From the human T2T-CHM13v2.0 reference genome, Homo sapiens: DNA of 64,000 nt. The stretch lies in the NCBI RefSeq assembly GCF_009914755.1, contig NC_060925.1; one strand, 5' to 3'. A program made the position numbers and the translations under genes. Positions 11,031 to 29,208 of this stretch are shown piece after piece (the stretch's first letter is position 1; every line of letters begins with the position of its first letter). The notes under the pieces are model-generated. The model made no database searches, had not been told where the DNA came from, and saw nothing but the letters and a program-made list of their open reading frames with translations.

Positions 11031-14000
11031 ATATTTAACAGCTTGATAGCTTGCCTCATAACTTTCAGATATTTAGAATTAAATTTTAGACACGTGATAT
11101 GTGTGTAATACGTCCATTTGTAATTTTGTCCTTGGCCCAACAATGTTAGGGGTTGAACCTACATGGATATGGTGGCAGTGGCTGGAGATGAGGCTAGGTG
11201 AGCAGGGGACAGATGGTGAAGGGTCTTAAAAGCCAAAGTCTCATCAAGGAGCCTGGACCTTATCCTGAGGACCAATAATAGCAGAAGCTAACAAGAGCTG
11301 ACTTTGTGCCAAACATATTATATGCATGACTTCAAACTGTCATAACACAAAAACACTATAAAGGAGAGCTAGTATTACTGCCCTTATTTTATAGGAGAGG
11401 ATGATGAGACTTAGAAGAGTAAAGAACTTGCTTAGGGGTACAGAGTTAGAGTAGTTGGGGGTGTGAGGGTTCACAATCAGACCTGCACTCTTAATTGTCA
11501 ACACAAGCTGTTGCAGTGGGCAGTGGAAAGCCACTGAAGATTTTAAGCCTGAGAATGTCGAGATCAGATTTGTGCAGGGATGTGAATAAACTGAAGGGAA
11601 AGCAAGAGGGAGTCAGAGAGAGCTGATGGCTGTTAGAGTCACCCCAGGAGAGTTGGTGGTCCGTCCTAAGGCAGTAGCAGCAGGGAGCATAGGCGTGGAC
11701 ACATCTGCCTACTCTTGCTGTGAAAGCCTACCATGGTTAATCTCTATTCCCAGACCTGTGAGCACACCAGGAAACATTCTCTCAGGAGCCTGGTGGGGAA
11801 AGTGCTTTCTTCCCAGATGTTTTCCCCATTGCTCCTGGATGTTCTGACAAGAGCAGAACAGGTTGCATCAGCAGGAGTCTGGCAGCTTCACACAGGGGAG
11901 CTGGGTCCAGACTTGACTGAGGCAGGGACATTCCTGAAGGAGGAGGGATTTGACAAGGAATGCAGCCCACAGCTGGCCTTGAGGAGAAGCTGGACCATGC
12001 CGGGCCAGCAGCACTGGCTGGCTTTGTAGGCCTCTGTTGTGTCCTGTGGATTGGGGAAATGAGATGTGAGAAGCCTTGGGCCAGATGTGGACACTTGCAG
12101 GCAGAGGCCTTGTGGAATAGGACTGTGTGCTGGCAGCAGGGCTGGCAGTGTCTCCAGCAGCAGGCAGACCTCCCCACCGGGAGCCAGGGGGAAAGGCTGG
12201 CTCTCCCATTCAAATGCATGTACGTGTGCAGGTATGGATATGTGAATGTGTTCCGGCCTCTCCGGTGGCTGATGTTGCTGACCACACCCTCCGCTTCACT
12301 CTCCTGGCCTCTGTGACACTCACTATAATCATAATAAGTAAGATTTATTGAGCTTGCTGTATACCAGACCCCGTGCCAGATGCTGTAAAACGCACAGCAT
12401 CTCTAATCCTTACAGCTATCTGGGAAGTAGGTCTTCTCAGCCCTATTGTATGCACAAGGAACTTGAGGCTTAAAGAGAGGACACAATGTGCCCCGGGTCA
12501 CAGAGATGTGGAGCTGGGATTAAGCCTCTGTTTTTCACACTCCCAAAGCTGCAGTGGTACACAGATGTTCTGTGTATGTGCCTGTGGACGTTTTTCTGAG
12601 AAGAGGAGTTACAGCTTTTTTTTTTAGGAAACAGGCTGAGGTTGTGTTGGTACTTGATATTTTTGTGGCTGGGGAAACACGGAAATGCCCAAACCATATC
12701 TTGGTCTTACTGTTTCTCCTTTCCCTGAAATCTCTGAGGAAACTACACCAGGACAGTGGCAGACAAGAAAGAATAAAAGGAGCGCTGGACTGTCGCTGTG
12801 TCGGGCTCCCAGTTCTCCAGTGCAGGGCTCCCTGGGATCGTGACCTAAAACAGGGCTCCTTCCCCAGGGTCCCAACATGACTCTCAGCCGCTGCTGGCCG
12901 AGTAAGAACCGAGGGCAGTAAGACCTCAGCGCAGTGAGCCACGAAGGGCAGAGGCAGAGGTGGCCTGCTCCAAGGAGGAGGCCCTGCCCAGCTCACCCAC
13001 CGCCATGCAGAGGCAGCAACTCAGGAAGGGCTGCCTTTGTGGGAGAGAATTTTCACCTCACACCAGTAATCGTGACACACTCAGTATCCTCAAATCTAAG
13101 CAGTCCCATCAGGCATTTCTCCTCCCAGGAAAGAGTAAAGATGAGAAGAGACGTGGCAGCTTTCCCCTCCCCATCAGATCGCCAAGGGGGTTGAGTTAAT
13201 AAGCGAATTTCCTGCCATTTGAGATGGTGATTAAATCCGGGACTTTTAGCATATGGAACAGACCAAGAGGGATTGTTTCAGAGAGGGCATCTCATGTGCA
13301 GAAAAACAGGTTGTGAAGTCAAACGCAGCTCAGATTCTCACCAGCTGTGCGTATACCCTGACGAGTCCCCTCACCATTCTGGGCCTTAGTCCCCTCTGAA
13401 AAATGGGACATGGGCACCAGAGAGACTCCTGAGAGCTCCCTTAGTGCTCTTAGAGGAGACAGGGGAGGTCTCCTTTATCTTTGACCCCTAACCCCTCAGA
13501 CTTCCAGAGGCGGGAACTGCAGCGATGATACAAATGGTGTGGTGGAAAGAATGCCGTTTTGGAGTCAGGACACCTGGGTTTGAATCCACTTGCAGCCACT
13601 TGCAGGCTGCTTGACCTTGAACGTATCGTGTCGTATCGTTTCACCTTGGGATCTGTACCTGTGAAGTGGGTGAAAGTTAAAGAGATAATAAAGTAACAGT
13701 CGTGAAACCAGCCTGGAGCCTCCTCACACAGGCCCCCAGCTGTGCCCAATCCTGGTTCTCCCTGTTCCTCCCGAGCAGCCCCTGTGCTTTCTCCCTCCTC
13801 TTTGGTGTGTGCAGGGCAGGCACAGGCAGGAACCCCAGGTGGGAAGCTGTTGGGGCCTGCTGGGCCTGGAGAAGGGACAGGGGCTGTGCTGTGCTGTGCT
13901 TGGCACAGGCTGGCACCTGCTGTTCCTGTCAGTCCACATCTGGCCCACCCAAGAGGGGCTTCCCCTCAGCTATGCCTAAGGTCTTGGCCATTTCTCCACC

Positions 14001-14877
14001 CGTCCGTTTCCTACTGTCTCCCACCATCCCTCCCTTTACCTCCCTTACGCACACCCCACTTCTGGAGACAGGAGCAGGAAAAACTGGGGTCGGCTTGCTC
14101 AGCCTGACTGGGGCTGAAACAGAAGTTTGCCACAAGGTTCCAATGTTTGAACTGACCTTTGGAGGACAGACAGTTTGCCAGAGAAAGAGATGTTGCCACA
14201 GAGTTGGGAGCCATGAGGAGGGAGTGGCTGGAACAGAGACAATCCACCAAAGGAGCAGCAGCGGAAGACGCTGAAGAGCTGCTGGTCACTGGGCGCCCTG
14301 GGTGGAGGTCAGGTCTCCTTTAGTAACCGTCACTGATGCCTCTTTGCTGTCTGTGCTGTGCCACGCCCTGGGCTACAGAGGTGAATCAGATGTGAGTCCC
14401 TGCCCTATGGGGCTAGTGTGCACTCAGCCTGGATTGGCTCATTTAATTCTTACAATAGCTTGTAAGCTAAATACGCGTGATGTCCCTGGTTTATCCATAA
14501 GGAAATGGTACATTCCTTGCCCAGGATCTGCACATGGTGAGTGAGCAGATCTGAAGTTAAATCCTAGGACCAAGGATCTGAACTCCATATTTTACCACCT
14601 CTTGAAGGTCAGATGTCAGTTCTGCCTTGGGGTGGAGGGGGTGAGGAAAGACATGAAGGAGAGGCAGCTGCTGAGTCTTAGAAAATGGATGGGTCATGTG
14701 GATAGAGGTGGGAAGGATGTTAGAGACAAGGAGCAGCATCAGCAAAAGTGTGGGGCATGAATTAGCAAGTGGGGACTTCAGATGGACTGAGACTGAAATG
14801 AGAGACAGATGGGTTACTGGCTAAAAGGCTCAGCTCTTCTTTAGGCAGTGGTGATCTGATTTGTACATGGAAAATCA

Positions 14878-15264
<387 letters not shown>

Positions 15265-15659
15265 TCAGTTTTATGTTTCAGTTACTCTACTGGGCTTTGG
15301 AGTGTTCAGCAGTCAAAAAGACAGACACTGTAAATGGCCAGTCATTAGAATAGTCCAGATGAAAGATGATAAGACCTGCCCTGGAAGTGGTGGCAGTAGG
15401 TTTGGGATCAAGGGATGGATCTGTACCGTTCTAAGCAGATAGACTCGAACTTGATGACCAGCAGCACAAGGTAAGATGGACTGGAAAGGTGTAGGAGAAT
15501 CTCAAGTCAGTTCCCAGGTTGCTGGTTTGGAAGACTGGATGGACAGTAGAGGATAGGGAACAAGGAGAAGGAAGAGGTCTGGGAAAACTAGAAACAATTT
15601 AGATATCCAACAACAGTGTTGGTTACATACATTATGGTACATCCATAAGACAAAATTCC

Positions 15660-15947
15660 TTTTTTTTTGAGACAGGACCTTTCTCTTTCACCCAGACTAG
15701 AGTGCAGTGGCTCGATCACGGCTCACTGCAGCCTAGAATTCCTGAACTCGAGTGATTCTTCCACCTCAGCCCCCCGAGTGGCTGGGACCACAGCCTCATG
15801 CCCAGCTAATTATTCTATTTCTTGTAAAGACATTGTCTCACTATATTGCCCAGGCTGGTATTGAATTCCTGGGCTCAAGTAATCCTCTCACCTCAGCCTG
15901 CCAAAGTGCTAGGATTACAAGCATGAGCCAGCCACCGCACCTGGCCC
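15660..15947 (-). mobile_element. Alu (AluJ-like)
   Basis: Diverged antisense Alu. Confidence 0.88.
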
Positions 15948-16504
15948 AAAATTCTTAGAAGATATCATTTTGATAACTGTGACATTCTTTTACATAAATG
16001 TATCATTTAATGAAACCTCTGTTGTAAACTTTTGGATTTTTTTCTGTTTTTTCACTTTGTAAGTAATACTGTAATAAAGAGCTTTTTACAAAGGTCTTCA
16101 TTTTGATTATTTTTAGAAGGAAAATTTTGAGGTCATAAGATATAAACAGCTTTGAGGTCTTTGACACATAGATTGTTTTTTAGAAGGGCTGTGCCAAATT
16201 TACTCCTATAGCAGTCCAGGAGAATTTTCCCTCAGCAGACTACCACTAGCACCAAGATATAGATACACAAATATACACATACACAGATTTTAATGGTTAA
16301 AAAAATAATAACTTGTTAGTTTAATGTGCATTTCCTTGTCATTAGTGAGTTAAATTTTTCCATGCTTATTAACCTTTTGTTTATGTGCTTTACCCATTTT
16401 TATGAGGCCTCACTGATTCTTCATGAGTTTTTAAAATATGCATTTCTTACTATTTGTGACAAAATTTTTACCACTTTTTTGTTTCCCTCTCTATACTATC
16501 TTGC

Positions 16505-16740
16505 ATATATAATATATAATATATAATATATATAATATATAATATATATAATATATTATATAATATAATATATATTATATTATATAATATATTATGTATT
16601 ATATATAATATATTATATTATATAATATATTACGTATTATATATAATATATATATTATATATTATATTATATATTATATTATATATAATATATAATATAA
16701 TATATAATATAATATATAATATATATTATATATATATATT
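16505..16740. repeat. AT-only low-complexity / (TA)n-like tract
   Basis: About 235 nt almost exclusively A/T (atataat/tattata units) at the tail end of an antisense Alu. Confidence 0.95.
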
Positions 16741-17022
16741 TTAAACAGAGTCTCACTCTGTCATTCACGCTGGAGTACAGTGGTGCCATCTCGGCCCACT
16801 GCGACCTCTGTCCCCAGGTTCAAGCGATCCTCCCACCTCAGCCTCCCCAAGTAGCTGGGACTACAGGTGTACACCACCACACCTGGCTAATTTTTGTATT
16901 TTTTGGTAGAAACGGGGTTTCACCATGTTGGCCAGGCTGGTCTTGAACTCCTGACCTCCAGTGATCTGCCCCTCGGCCTCCCAAAGTGCTGGGATTACAG
17001 GTGTGAACCACCACGCCCAGCC
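16741..17022 (-). mobile_element. Alu
   Basis: Antisense Alu consensus. Confidence 0.92.
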
Positions 17023-17160
17023 TTATTTTGCGTATATTTTTGATGTGCCAAAGCACTTAAAAATGTTTATGAAGTCAAAACGTGTCAGTCAAAACATGTC
17101 TTTTTATTTCTTCCATTGCATTAATGTATAGATAATTAAGTGATAAAATAGACATCTAAA

Positions 17161-17478
17161 TTTTTTTCTTTCTCTCTTTTTTTTTTTTTTTTTTTAAGAG
17201 AGGGTCTCACTCTGTCACCCAGGCTGGAGTGTGCAGTGGCGTGATGATGACCCACTGTAGCTGCCGCCTCCAGGGCTCCGGCAGTCCTCCCACCTCAGCC
17301 TCTGATGGCGTGAGACTACAGGCACACGCCACCATGCTCTGCTCATTTTTGTATTTTCTATAGAGACAGGGTTTCTCCACATTGCCCAAGCTGTTCTTGA
17401 ACTCCTGGGCTCAAGCAATCCACCTGCCTCAGCCTCCCAAAGGGCTAGGATTACAGGCATGAGCCACCACGCCCAGCC
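17161..17478 (-). mobile_element. Alu (AluJ-like)
   Basis: Antisense Alu with poly-T. Confidence 0.9.
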
Positions 17479-18098
17479 TAGATTTCCCTTTTTTTGTTTT
17501 TTAAACATTTACTTATTTTGTATATGGTGTGAGGAGAGAAAGTAAATGGATCTTCTTCCCAAATGGAAAATTTTCCAATCTCATTTGTTCCCATAACCTA
17601 TACCTGTGTTGAACTGCTTCTAGGTGACCCTGTTTCACTGATCTTGGTTTTGAATCATATATATATATATAATTGTTGTAATAAGTGCAAACCCATAATA
17701 TACTGTAATACCTAATTTTTAATTTGAGGGTGTTATGTTTACCTGATAAATCTTTTGGATGGGTTTTTAGAATCCATTTGATAAATCTCAAAACATCCTA
17801 CTGAGATTTTTTTCTTAGAATTATGTTAAACCTGTACATTAATCTGGGAGGAGCTGGCATTGGAGCCTTCCCATCCAGGAATATGATTTTGTCTTTCCTA
17901 TTTTTTAAGTCATCTCTTTATATCAGTAAAAGGTTATAGTTTTCCTCCTATAGTTCTCACATATTTCTTATGTTTATTGCTCAATACTTGACTTTTTTGT
18001 TACGATTGCAAATAAGATCTTTTTGTTATATCTGATGACTGTTTCCTATTGCTGCAGTAAATTATTTTATCCATTCTAAGTTTAGTTGATTCTTTTAG

Positions 18099-18468
<370 letters not shown>

Positions 18469-19468
18469 TAACAGTTCGGTTGGAGCCCGTGGTTTGGCAG
18501 TGCCGCCAGTCTGCAGGGTTGGTTTGTGACCTCCAGCAGTGCTCAGGAGCCCAGCTGTAAAGGTAGAAAAAGAGGATGTATGGGTTGATCCCAAGTTCGG
18601 GATTTCCCTAGACTAGGGCAATAGAAGGACAAGGGGCAGAGTACTGGAGGAGCTCACAAGAGAGTAGCTGATGTAATATACTTCAGGGTCTAGACAAGGA
18701 GGGGTGGACGCACTGAACAGTAAGGGCTGGGGAGCTAAAGGCCTCTGTGTTGTGGAGAGGGAGGAAGAGAGAGACTTGAAAGGAGGGGAAGCTGTGCCCC
18801 AGAATGGACACTGGGATGTCGGATTTCAGAGGTGATGCCTTTCTAGTACAGTGCAGAGACCCTCCGGTAAGAATGATCCCGTTTTATGGTTAAAGAAACA
18901 GGCTTGGAGAGCTTGTTGCCCAGTCACCCAACTCTAGTCAACAGCAGTGTTGGTCTGCTATACTCTACTTGCTCACGCTCTGTCTCCATTTTTCAGGTCC
19001 ACTCTAGAACAGTCGATGGAGAGAGCCAGGAGAGAGCAGCAAGGGAAGTGGGAGCACAGGAGGGCAGACAGGAGAGAGGGCAGGCACCTCCCAGCCCCTC
19101 AGCTGCTGCAGATAGGGAGGCAGGGCAGCTGCACTGCTGGGTCTTCTTATTGGCCCAGGAGCCCCCTCAGGCCACAGCAGCACACCCACAGCATCCCACA
19201 TCCTGTGCCTGCCCGACGACTCCCTTCGTATCCTCCTCTGTTACACACTGGAGCCCCACCACACGCTCTCTTCACCATCATTCCCCTTGTCCCTGTCACA
19301 CACTCCATTTCCCCAAACACAGATGGGCTTCCTACACCACAGGCCCTGGGTTCCCCATTAAACGCCTCATGCTCCCGCCTCACTGTCCCTACTTGGGGTC
19401 CCTGCCACTCCCCTAGGCTCATCCCTTGCTGTGTGCCTCGTTGAGGCCCGCTTTTGCTGTGTCCACAG

Positions 19469-19615
19469 AGTGCATCGGATGGCTTCTGGAAATCTGTGGC
19501 CACTCGAGTGCCCAAGGAGCCCCCTGAGATTCGAATCCTCAACCCATATTTCATCCAGGAGGCCGCCTTCACCCTCATTGGCCTGCCCTTCAACAATGGC
19601 CTCATGGGCCGGGGG
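19469..19615 (+). CDS. ST3GAL3: ST3 beta-galactoside alpha-2,3-sialyltransferase 3, third-last coding exon (SASDGFWKSV...GLMGRG)
   Basis: ccacag| acceptor and |gtgag donor; 147 nt, phase 0-0; translation recognised as ST3GAL3. Confidence 0.96.
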
Positions 19616-19846
19616 GTGAGATATCTGGGCCCTGGGAGAGGGAGGAGGAAAGCTGGGTCAGAAGTGCCTTGGAAGGAAGGGTGGGTGGTGGGTGGGGTAG
19701 TGCTTCTGCAAAATAGCTTTCTGGGGAAGAGGGCTCAGTCCTTGGGCATGGAGGCTAGCTCTAGGGAGCTTGGCTGAAGTCTCAGCTGTCCCAGCCCTCC
19801 AGCTGAACTCTGCATGCCTTCTCTCACCCCTGCCCCCGTCTTCTAG

Positions 19847-19993
19847 AACATCCCTACCCTTGGCAGTGTGGCAGTGACCATGGCACTACACGGCTGTGAC
19901 GAGGTGGCAGTCGCAGGATTTGGCTATGACATGAGCACACCCAACGCACCCCTGCACTACTATGAGACCGTTCGCATGGCAGCCATCAAAGAG
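19847..19993 (+). CDS. ST3GAL3: ST3GAL3 penultimate exon (NIPTLGSVAVTMALHGCDEVAVAGFGYD...HYYETVRMAAIKE): sialylmotif S and motif III
   Basis: ttctag| acceptor and |gttcgg donor; 147 nt, phase 0-0; GT29 sialylmotif S and HYYE. Confidence 0.96.
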
Positions 19994-21148
19994 GTTCGGG
20001 GCTGGGTGTGGGGGCAATCCCTGGGTGGGGATGAGGGGGAGGTGCATAAATGAGTAGTAAAGGGAGGAGCCAGTGGCTGGTCTGGCTGCCCAGAACTCCC
20101 CAGAAGGTCCTGACACCAAGCATCCTACGTGCCCTCTCCACAGCCTCCCACTGAACCCAGGGCCTTCTCCCTGAACTTTCCTTCCAAGGGACTCTCCGTG
20201 CCCTGGTCCTGCACCTCCCTCCCCCTCGCTGCATTCCCCAGTCAGGAACACTAGTCTAGCACCAGCTCAGCCATCCTCTCTACTGCAGTTCCTGCCTTCC
20301 CCCAGAGGACGCTATTTTCCCTCAAAAAACCCACAACTGAACACTGCCTCTGGGTCTCAGGACTTCTCCATATCTCTTCCACCCTTCCCCACAGCCAAGC
20401 ACTGCAGCTCTTCATACCCCGAATTGCTTCCCAAACATCCGTATGTAGGGTACATTACAGGTCTCCAGCCTGTCAGCCAGCCTTTTCTGGCATTTCTCCC
20501 TCCCTAGCCAAGACCCCATGTGGAAAATCTGAACCCTTCTGAACTCCGCTTGCCACACTTCTGCTTTGACCACCAGCCTTCCACTGATCCCAGCCTGAAA
20601 CCTGGAAATCTTGGGCCAGTGCTTCAACAGCTTCTCTGCTGCTACATCTGGGTGATGGGAGGTTGTTGGAGGGAACCTCCCATCTGTGCAGATTCCTGTT
20701 TCTGTAAGTCTGGGGGCTCTGGTCTCAGCCCTCATTCCTGCTTATCAGTCTTCTTATCTATCCTTCTCCATCATCCCCCTCCACTATTCCAGAGCCTTCC
20801 ATGCCCCAAAAGCTCCTCCCTCTTCCAGTGAAGAAACTGAAGCCACAGAGGGGACTCTGATCTGTCGGGCTCTGCACTGTACTCCCACTTGGCCCTTCAC
20901 CCCTTGCAGCCTGGCTCCCCTCACACCTGACCCAGCTCCCATCAAGGTCACCACCTCAAGGTGGCCAATTCCAGTGGACACAACGTCATCTTTCCTGATC
21001 TCTCAGAAACACTTTTCGTGTTGGCCACTCCTTCTTCTTTGAACTTCTGAGTCAGTAATTTCCAACATTCCTCTTATTTCACTCACCATTCTCTCACATT
21101 CTCTTTCTCAGCATCATCAATTCTGATCTACGCCTTAAAATTCATCAT

Positions 21149-22345
<1,197 letters not shown>

Positions 22346-22469
22346 AGCACTAGCCAAGGCTCCATCTCAGACAGCCTTCTCTTCTCACTCTGCATGTTCT
22401 CTAGGAGATTTACATCCCTGTCCATGACTTCAGGTACCACCTATATTGTATCAGGCTTTTTTGGTTCTT

Positions 22470-23135
<666 letters not shown>

Positions 23136-24072
23136 GGTTTATTCCAACTACCTCAAGTGATTGGGAGTTATTTCAAGGATATATAAGGCACTTGGAAATC
23201 TCATAGGAAGCTAGAAACAGCCTTCCAGCTGGGCCTCCTGTTGTCTCGGATAGGGTTCAGGAGTGAGAAGCTCATTGTGGGTCTGGGACAGTTCTAGAAC
23301 TGCCTCACCATCACCGTGGCCCCGAAAGTCTTCCATCCCTGCCATGCTTCACGTGCCTTCTTGCTGCTTTGTCCACAGCCAGCGCCCACTTCAGATTGCC
23401 CTCACAGCTTTTATCAGCCTCCTGGCTTCTACGTTTACTTATATCTTTGGTCTTTTACAAATGCCTTTTATGTAAACTTTATGTAAAGTTGTATGCAGAG
23501 GGTGAGAGCCATAGACGTGGGCGATGGCCAAATCGCAATGGGCTTTCTGTGCCACGGAAGGAGTTTGCACATTATTTAGAAGGCAGTGGGGAGACATGGG
23601 TGAGTTTGAGGCCTTACATTAGCATGTAGTGGATCACTGTGGCTGCAGAATGAAGGAGAGGGGGCGAGGCAGGAACAGAACCTAGTTGGGAGTTGCTGCA
23701 CTTTGGGCAAGAGATGGTAACTCCTGAACCAGATCTTTGGCTGAGACAATGAGAGGTGATGAGAGAGGCGATGAGCCAGATCTTTGGCTAAGGCGATTAG
23801 TCAGAGGCAAGAAGTCCAGGCTGGAAGTATAAGGTGATGAGACAGACTCAAGAAATAGGATTTTAACTCAGTAAGACCTAGGGATTGCCTTGGTGCAGGA
23901 ATGAGGTAGGGCACTGCCTTCCCTGCAGCCCTCTCTGATGGAGTCTTTTCATTTGCTTCCACCTGCCATATCTCCATTGTCCCTCCATTACATGTAAAAC
24001 CTCACTGGCTCTGAGGCTCCCAGCATCTGCTGCACTACACTCCCTGTAGAGTGCTTAAGAGTGTGGCTTCTT

Positions 24073-24385
24073 GGCCGGGCACAGTAGCTCATGCCTGTAA
24101 TCCCAGCACTTTGGGAAGCTGAGGCGGGTGGATCACCTGGGGTCAGGAGTTCGAGACCAGCCTGGCTAACATGGTGAAACCCCGTCTCTGCTAAAAATAC
24201 AAAAATTAGCCAGGCGTGGTGGTGCATGCCTGTAATCCCAGCTACTCCAGAGGCTGAAGCAGGAGAATTGCTTGAGCCCAGGAGGGCTCAAGTGGAGATT
24301 GCAGTGAGCCAAGATAGCTCTACTGCACTCTAGCCTGGGTGACAGAACAAGACTGTGTCTCAAAAAAAAAAAAAAAAAAAAAAAA
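24073..24385 (+). mobile_element. Alu (AluS-like)
   Basis: Full-length; TSD AAGAGTGT(G/A)GCTTCT. Confidence 0.95.
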
Positions 24386-25380
24386 GAGTGTAGCTTCTCA
24401 AATCATAAAAGATGACTTCAGGACCTTGGTTCAGGGGCTGACTCTAGACCTGCATTTCCTTATCTATGAAAGGGACAGTAACAGCACCTACCTCCTAGGG
24501 TTTGGAAAGGACCGGATGTGATCATGTGTAAAAAAGGCCTGCCACGTAGTAAGCACTCAGAAATCTTAGCCATTATGATTAATATTTTACCCCTACTTGC
24601 CACTGTTATTTACCAATCCCCAGAAGAGGATTCACTGAGAATGTTGGTGCCCGGGTTTAGAATCCCTCTGTTACCTGGGGTGTCTCACATGGACCATTCA
24701 ACACCTTGGCTTCTCCTCACTTCACCTGCATTTGCCTTGATCAGCTCACTCTGCAGGCCCAGCAGGAGTGTGTGGGATGTGGAGACACATGGACCAAGGA
24801 TTGAATGCCGGGGATATGGAAGGGATGTCAAGGGAATCCTTAAAGGAGACAGAGGAATCAGGAAGGTGCCACATCGTGGAGGCCAAAGGAGCAGCATTCC
24901 AGGAAGAGCATCTACAATGTGGTGCTGGGAAACCCAGTAAGATGAGGGCTGAGAGGTGGCCGTCGGATGTAGCTGTTAGGAGTTAACTGCTGACTGTGGT
25001 GAGAACAGTTTCAAAGGAATAGTGGAGTGGAAGCCAGATTGCAGTAGTGAACAGTGAGTAGACGGCACCTACATCTGTGGTTAGAGACCACAGATGTTGC
25101 TCGTGGTAAGGGATCTCTCAGGATGCTTGGAAGAGAAGGGAGTAGAGAGACTGGGCAGTAGCTAGAGGATGACGTGGCTTCATACGGGAATCTGTCACAC
25201 AGCAGAGAAGTCCAGGCTGGAAGTATAGATCTGTGAGTTGTTAGCACAGCCGCTTCTTCAGATATAAGGATGAGATTTCCCAGAGAGAGGACAGAGAGTG
25301 AGAAGCGCGGCTCATCCTGGCAGGACCCTTGAACGTGGATACTTAACGGTTGGGCGAGGAGCCAAAGAAAAAGAGCTTCT

Positions 25381-25690
25381 GGCCGGGCGCGGTCCCTCAC
25401 GCCTGTAATCCCAGCACTTTGGGAGGCCAAGGCGGATGGATCATCTGAGGTCGGGAGTTCCGAGACCAGCCTGACCAACATGGAGAAACCCTGTCTCTAC
25501 TGAAAATACAAAATTAGCCAGGTGTGGTGGCGCATGCCTGTAATCCCAGCTACTCGGGAGGCTGGGGCAGGAGAATCGCTTGAACTCGGGAGGCAGAGGT
25601 TGCAGTGAGCCGAGGTTGCAGTGAGCCGAGATTGCACCATTGCACTCCAGCCTCGGCAACAAGAGTGAAACTCCGTCTCAAAAAAAAAAT
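25381..25690 (+). mobile_element. Alu (AluSp-like) with internal 16-nt duplication GAGGTTGCAGTGAGCC
   Basis: Full-length; TSD ~AGCTTCT. Confidence 0.95.
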
Positions 25691-26122
25691 AAAAGCTTCT
25701 GAGAGTGTGGACTGTGACATGGGATGGACATCAATACTCAGAATCAAGGGCCCTGGTAAGGCTGGAGACCCCAGGATGACCAGAATCCTCCACCAGCCGC
25801 GGCCAGTTCAAAGCTCAGGTGAACTCAGAAGTTGTCTGCATAGAATTAGGAAAAGAGCACCAGAGAGGTGGCATTGCCGGATCCAAGAGAGCTACACCCC
25901 AGGGCTGACTTTCTTGTTTACTTTTTTATGATGGAAATTGTCAAGCATATTACGAGTACAGAGGATAATATCATGAACTCCCACGTTCCTGCCCCCCACC
26001 TTCCACAGGCATCAACAGGCGGCCAACATTGTTCCATCTCTTCTTTGTCTCATGCTCCCACTCCACTGATTCAAACATGTCTCAGATACCATATATCCCT
26101 CCAACCATAAATACTTCATTCA

Positions 26123-26502
<380 letters not shown>

Positions 26503-27393
26503 TTAATATCATCAAATGTCCAGTCCTCTGCTGACCTTTTAACCCTCAATGACTCCTAGTGGGTGCTGTTGACCCTGACCCATCAAATTCGTTACTACTT
26601 CTCCAGAGGAGTGATGAGGACGAGGGATAAGTAAAGAGGCAAACGAGTTTCCACATCTGCTTGAATCCTGGCCTTGTCATTCCTCCAAGTCTCTGTTTTC
26701 CCTGTAAAACCTAATTTCATTCAACAAATATTGAGGCACCTACTCTGTGCCTAACAGTCCCTACCCTCAAAGAGAGACAGTGAGCCAGATGCTTAAGTCT
26801 TCAAAGAATGGGGATGAGTCGCCCAGGGATCTGCAATGAGGAGGGGCAAGTGCAGATGGCAGAGTATAATGACAGGAGCCTTGAAGGGGCCGGAGGGCTT
26901 TAGGGAGTCTGAGGGACAACGGGGTGTAAGGAAGATGCTTCCCGCCTTCAGAGGCTGTGGAGTGTGGAATGTGAGGGAAGAAACGGTCACCACTTGAGAG
27001 GGGGTATGGGGGCACTCTCCTTCAGGGCAGCTGGGTTTGTGATTAGCACAAGAGGTTGAAGGGAATGCTCAGAGAAGAGGAATATTGGGAATTTGGCTGA
27101 TGACTGCGGGAATTTGGCTGATGACTACCTGAGTTTCAGATGTAAAAGATTTGGAAGGTGGAGAAGGTTGACTGGATCAGAATAAGGGCTAGACAGAGCA
27201 AGCCATAAGTTCTTTGTAAAAAATTCATTTATTTATTATTTTTCAAAAGATGGGGTTTCTATATGTTGCCCAGGTGGACTAAGCTCAAGTGATCCTCCTG
27301 CCTCAGCCTCCCAAGTAGTTGGGACTACAGGCACAGGGCACTGCATCCAGCTCACTTCTCAGCACCACTAAATAGTGGCTGTTAACAGTTATT

Positions 27394-28121
<728 letters not shown>

Positions 28122-28288
28122 TCATCAAAGTTTTCTGGTGAGAGTCCTGGGGTTAGGAAAGGACCCTATCCCAGGTACAGTCTTCCCCAGAAGCCTCTTC
28201 TAGTAATTTTGAAATATATGACATTATTATTAACTATAGTCAAATGTGCTCACCATAAAAAATTGGTAAGTAGGTGAGGTTGGCTTGA

Positions 28289-28677
<389 letters not shown>

Positions 28678-29208
28678 TATTTTTAATTTTCTAAAAAAGA
28701 TTTGCCATCTCTCTGCAGGCCCCATAGCTCCTCTGATCTGGGAGGCAGGATTTCATCCGCCGCCCCCAGGCCTGGAGAGTAGATTGCATCAGGCCAGGGA
28801 GTGACTCAGCCACCCCTTGCTGTTGGACTTCAGTGACTCACACTGCCTGCCCGCAGGGTGTCTATAACCTAGGTGCTTCATGACAAGAAGTGGCTTGAAG
28901 TCTGTGGGAACAAGGTCCTTCCGCCAGCACTGAGGAGGGAGGTTGGGAAGCTTAACGGTTTTCCTGGGACGAGGAAAGGGGTATGAAGGTTCTTTTTTCC
29001 CTGTCTTGGGAAGGGAGGAGGATGAGCTGTGGCACTCCTAGAGCAGGGTCATCATTACCGTGTAGACACAACTGATTACCAGTATCTGCCTTCAGGTTTC
29101 CACAGTCACGGAGTATTGGAGAGTGGTGACGAAGAAGGCACCGAGCCCTGGAAGGGGCAGTAAAGGTTTGAGCAAAGGCCCAACTGATCATTTCATCTCT
29201 CCTTTCAG

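Noticed and set aside
27087-27126. Tandem duplication of GGGAATTTGGCTGATGACT (period 21)
   Set aside because: An ordinary local slippage duplication with no functional indication.
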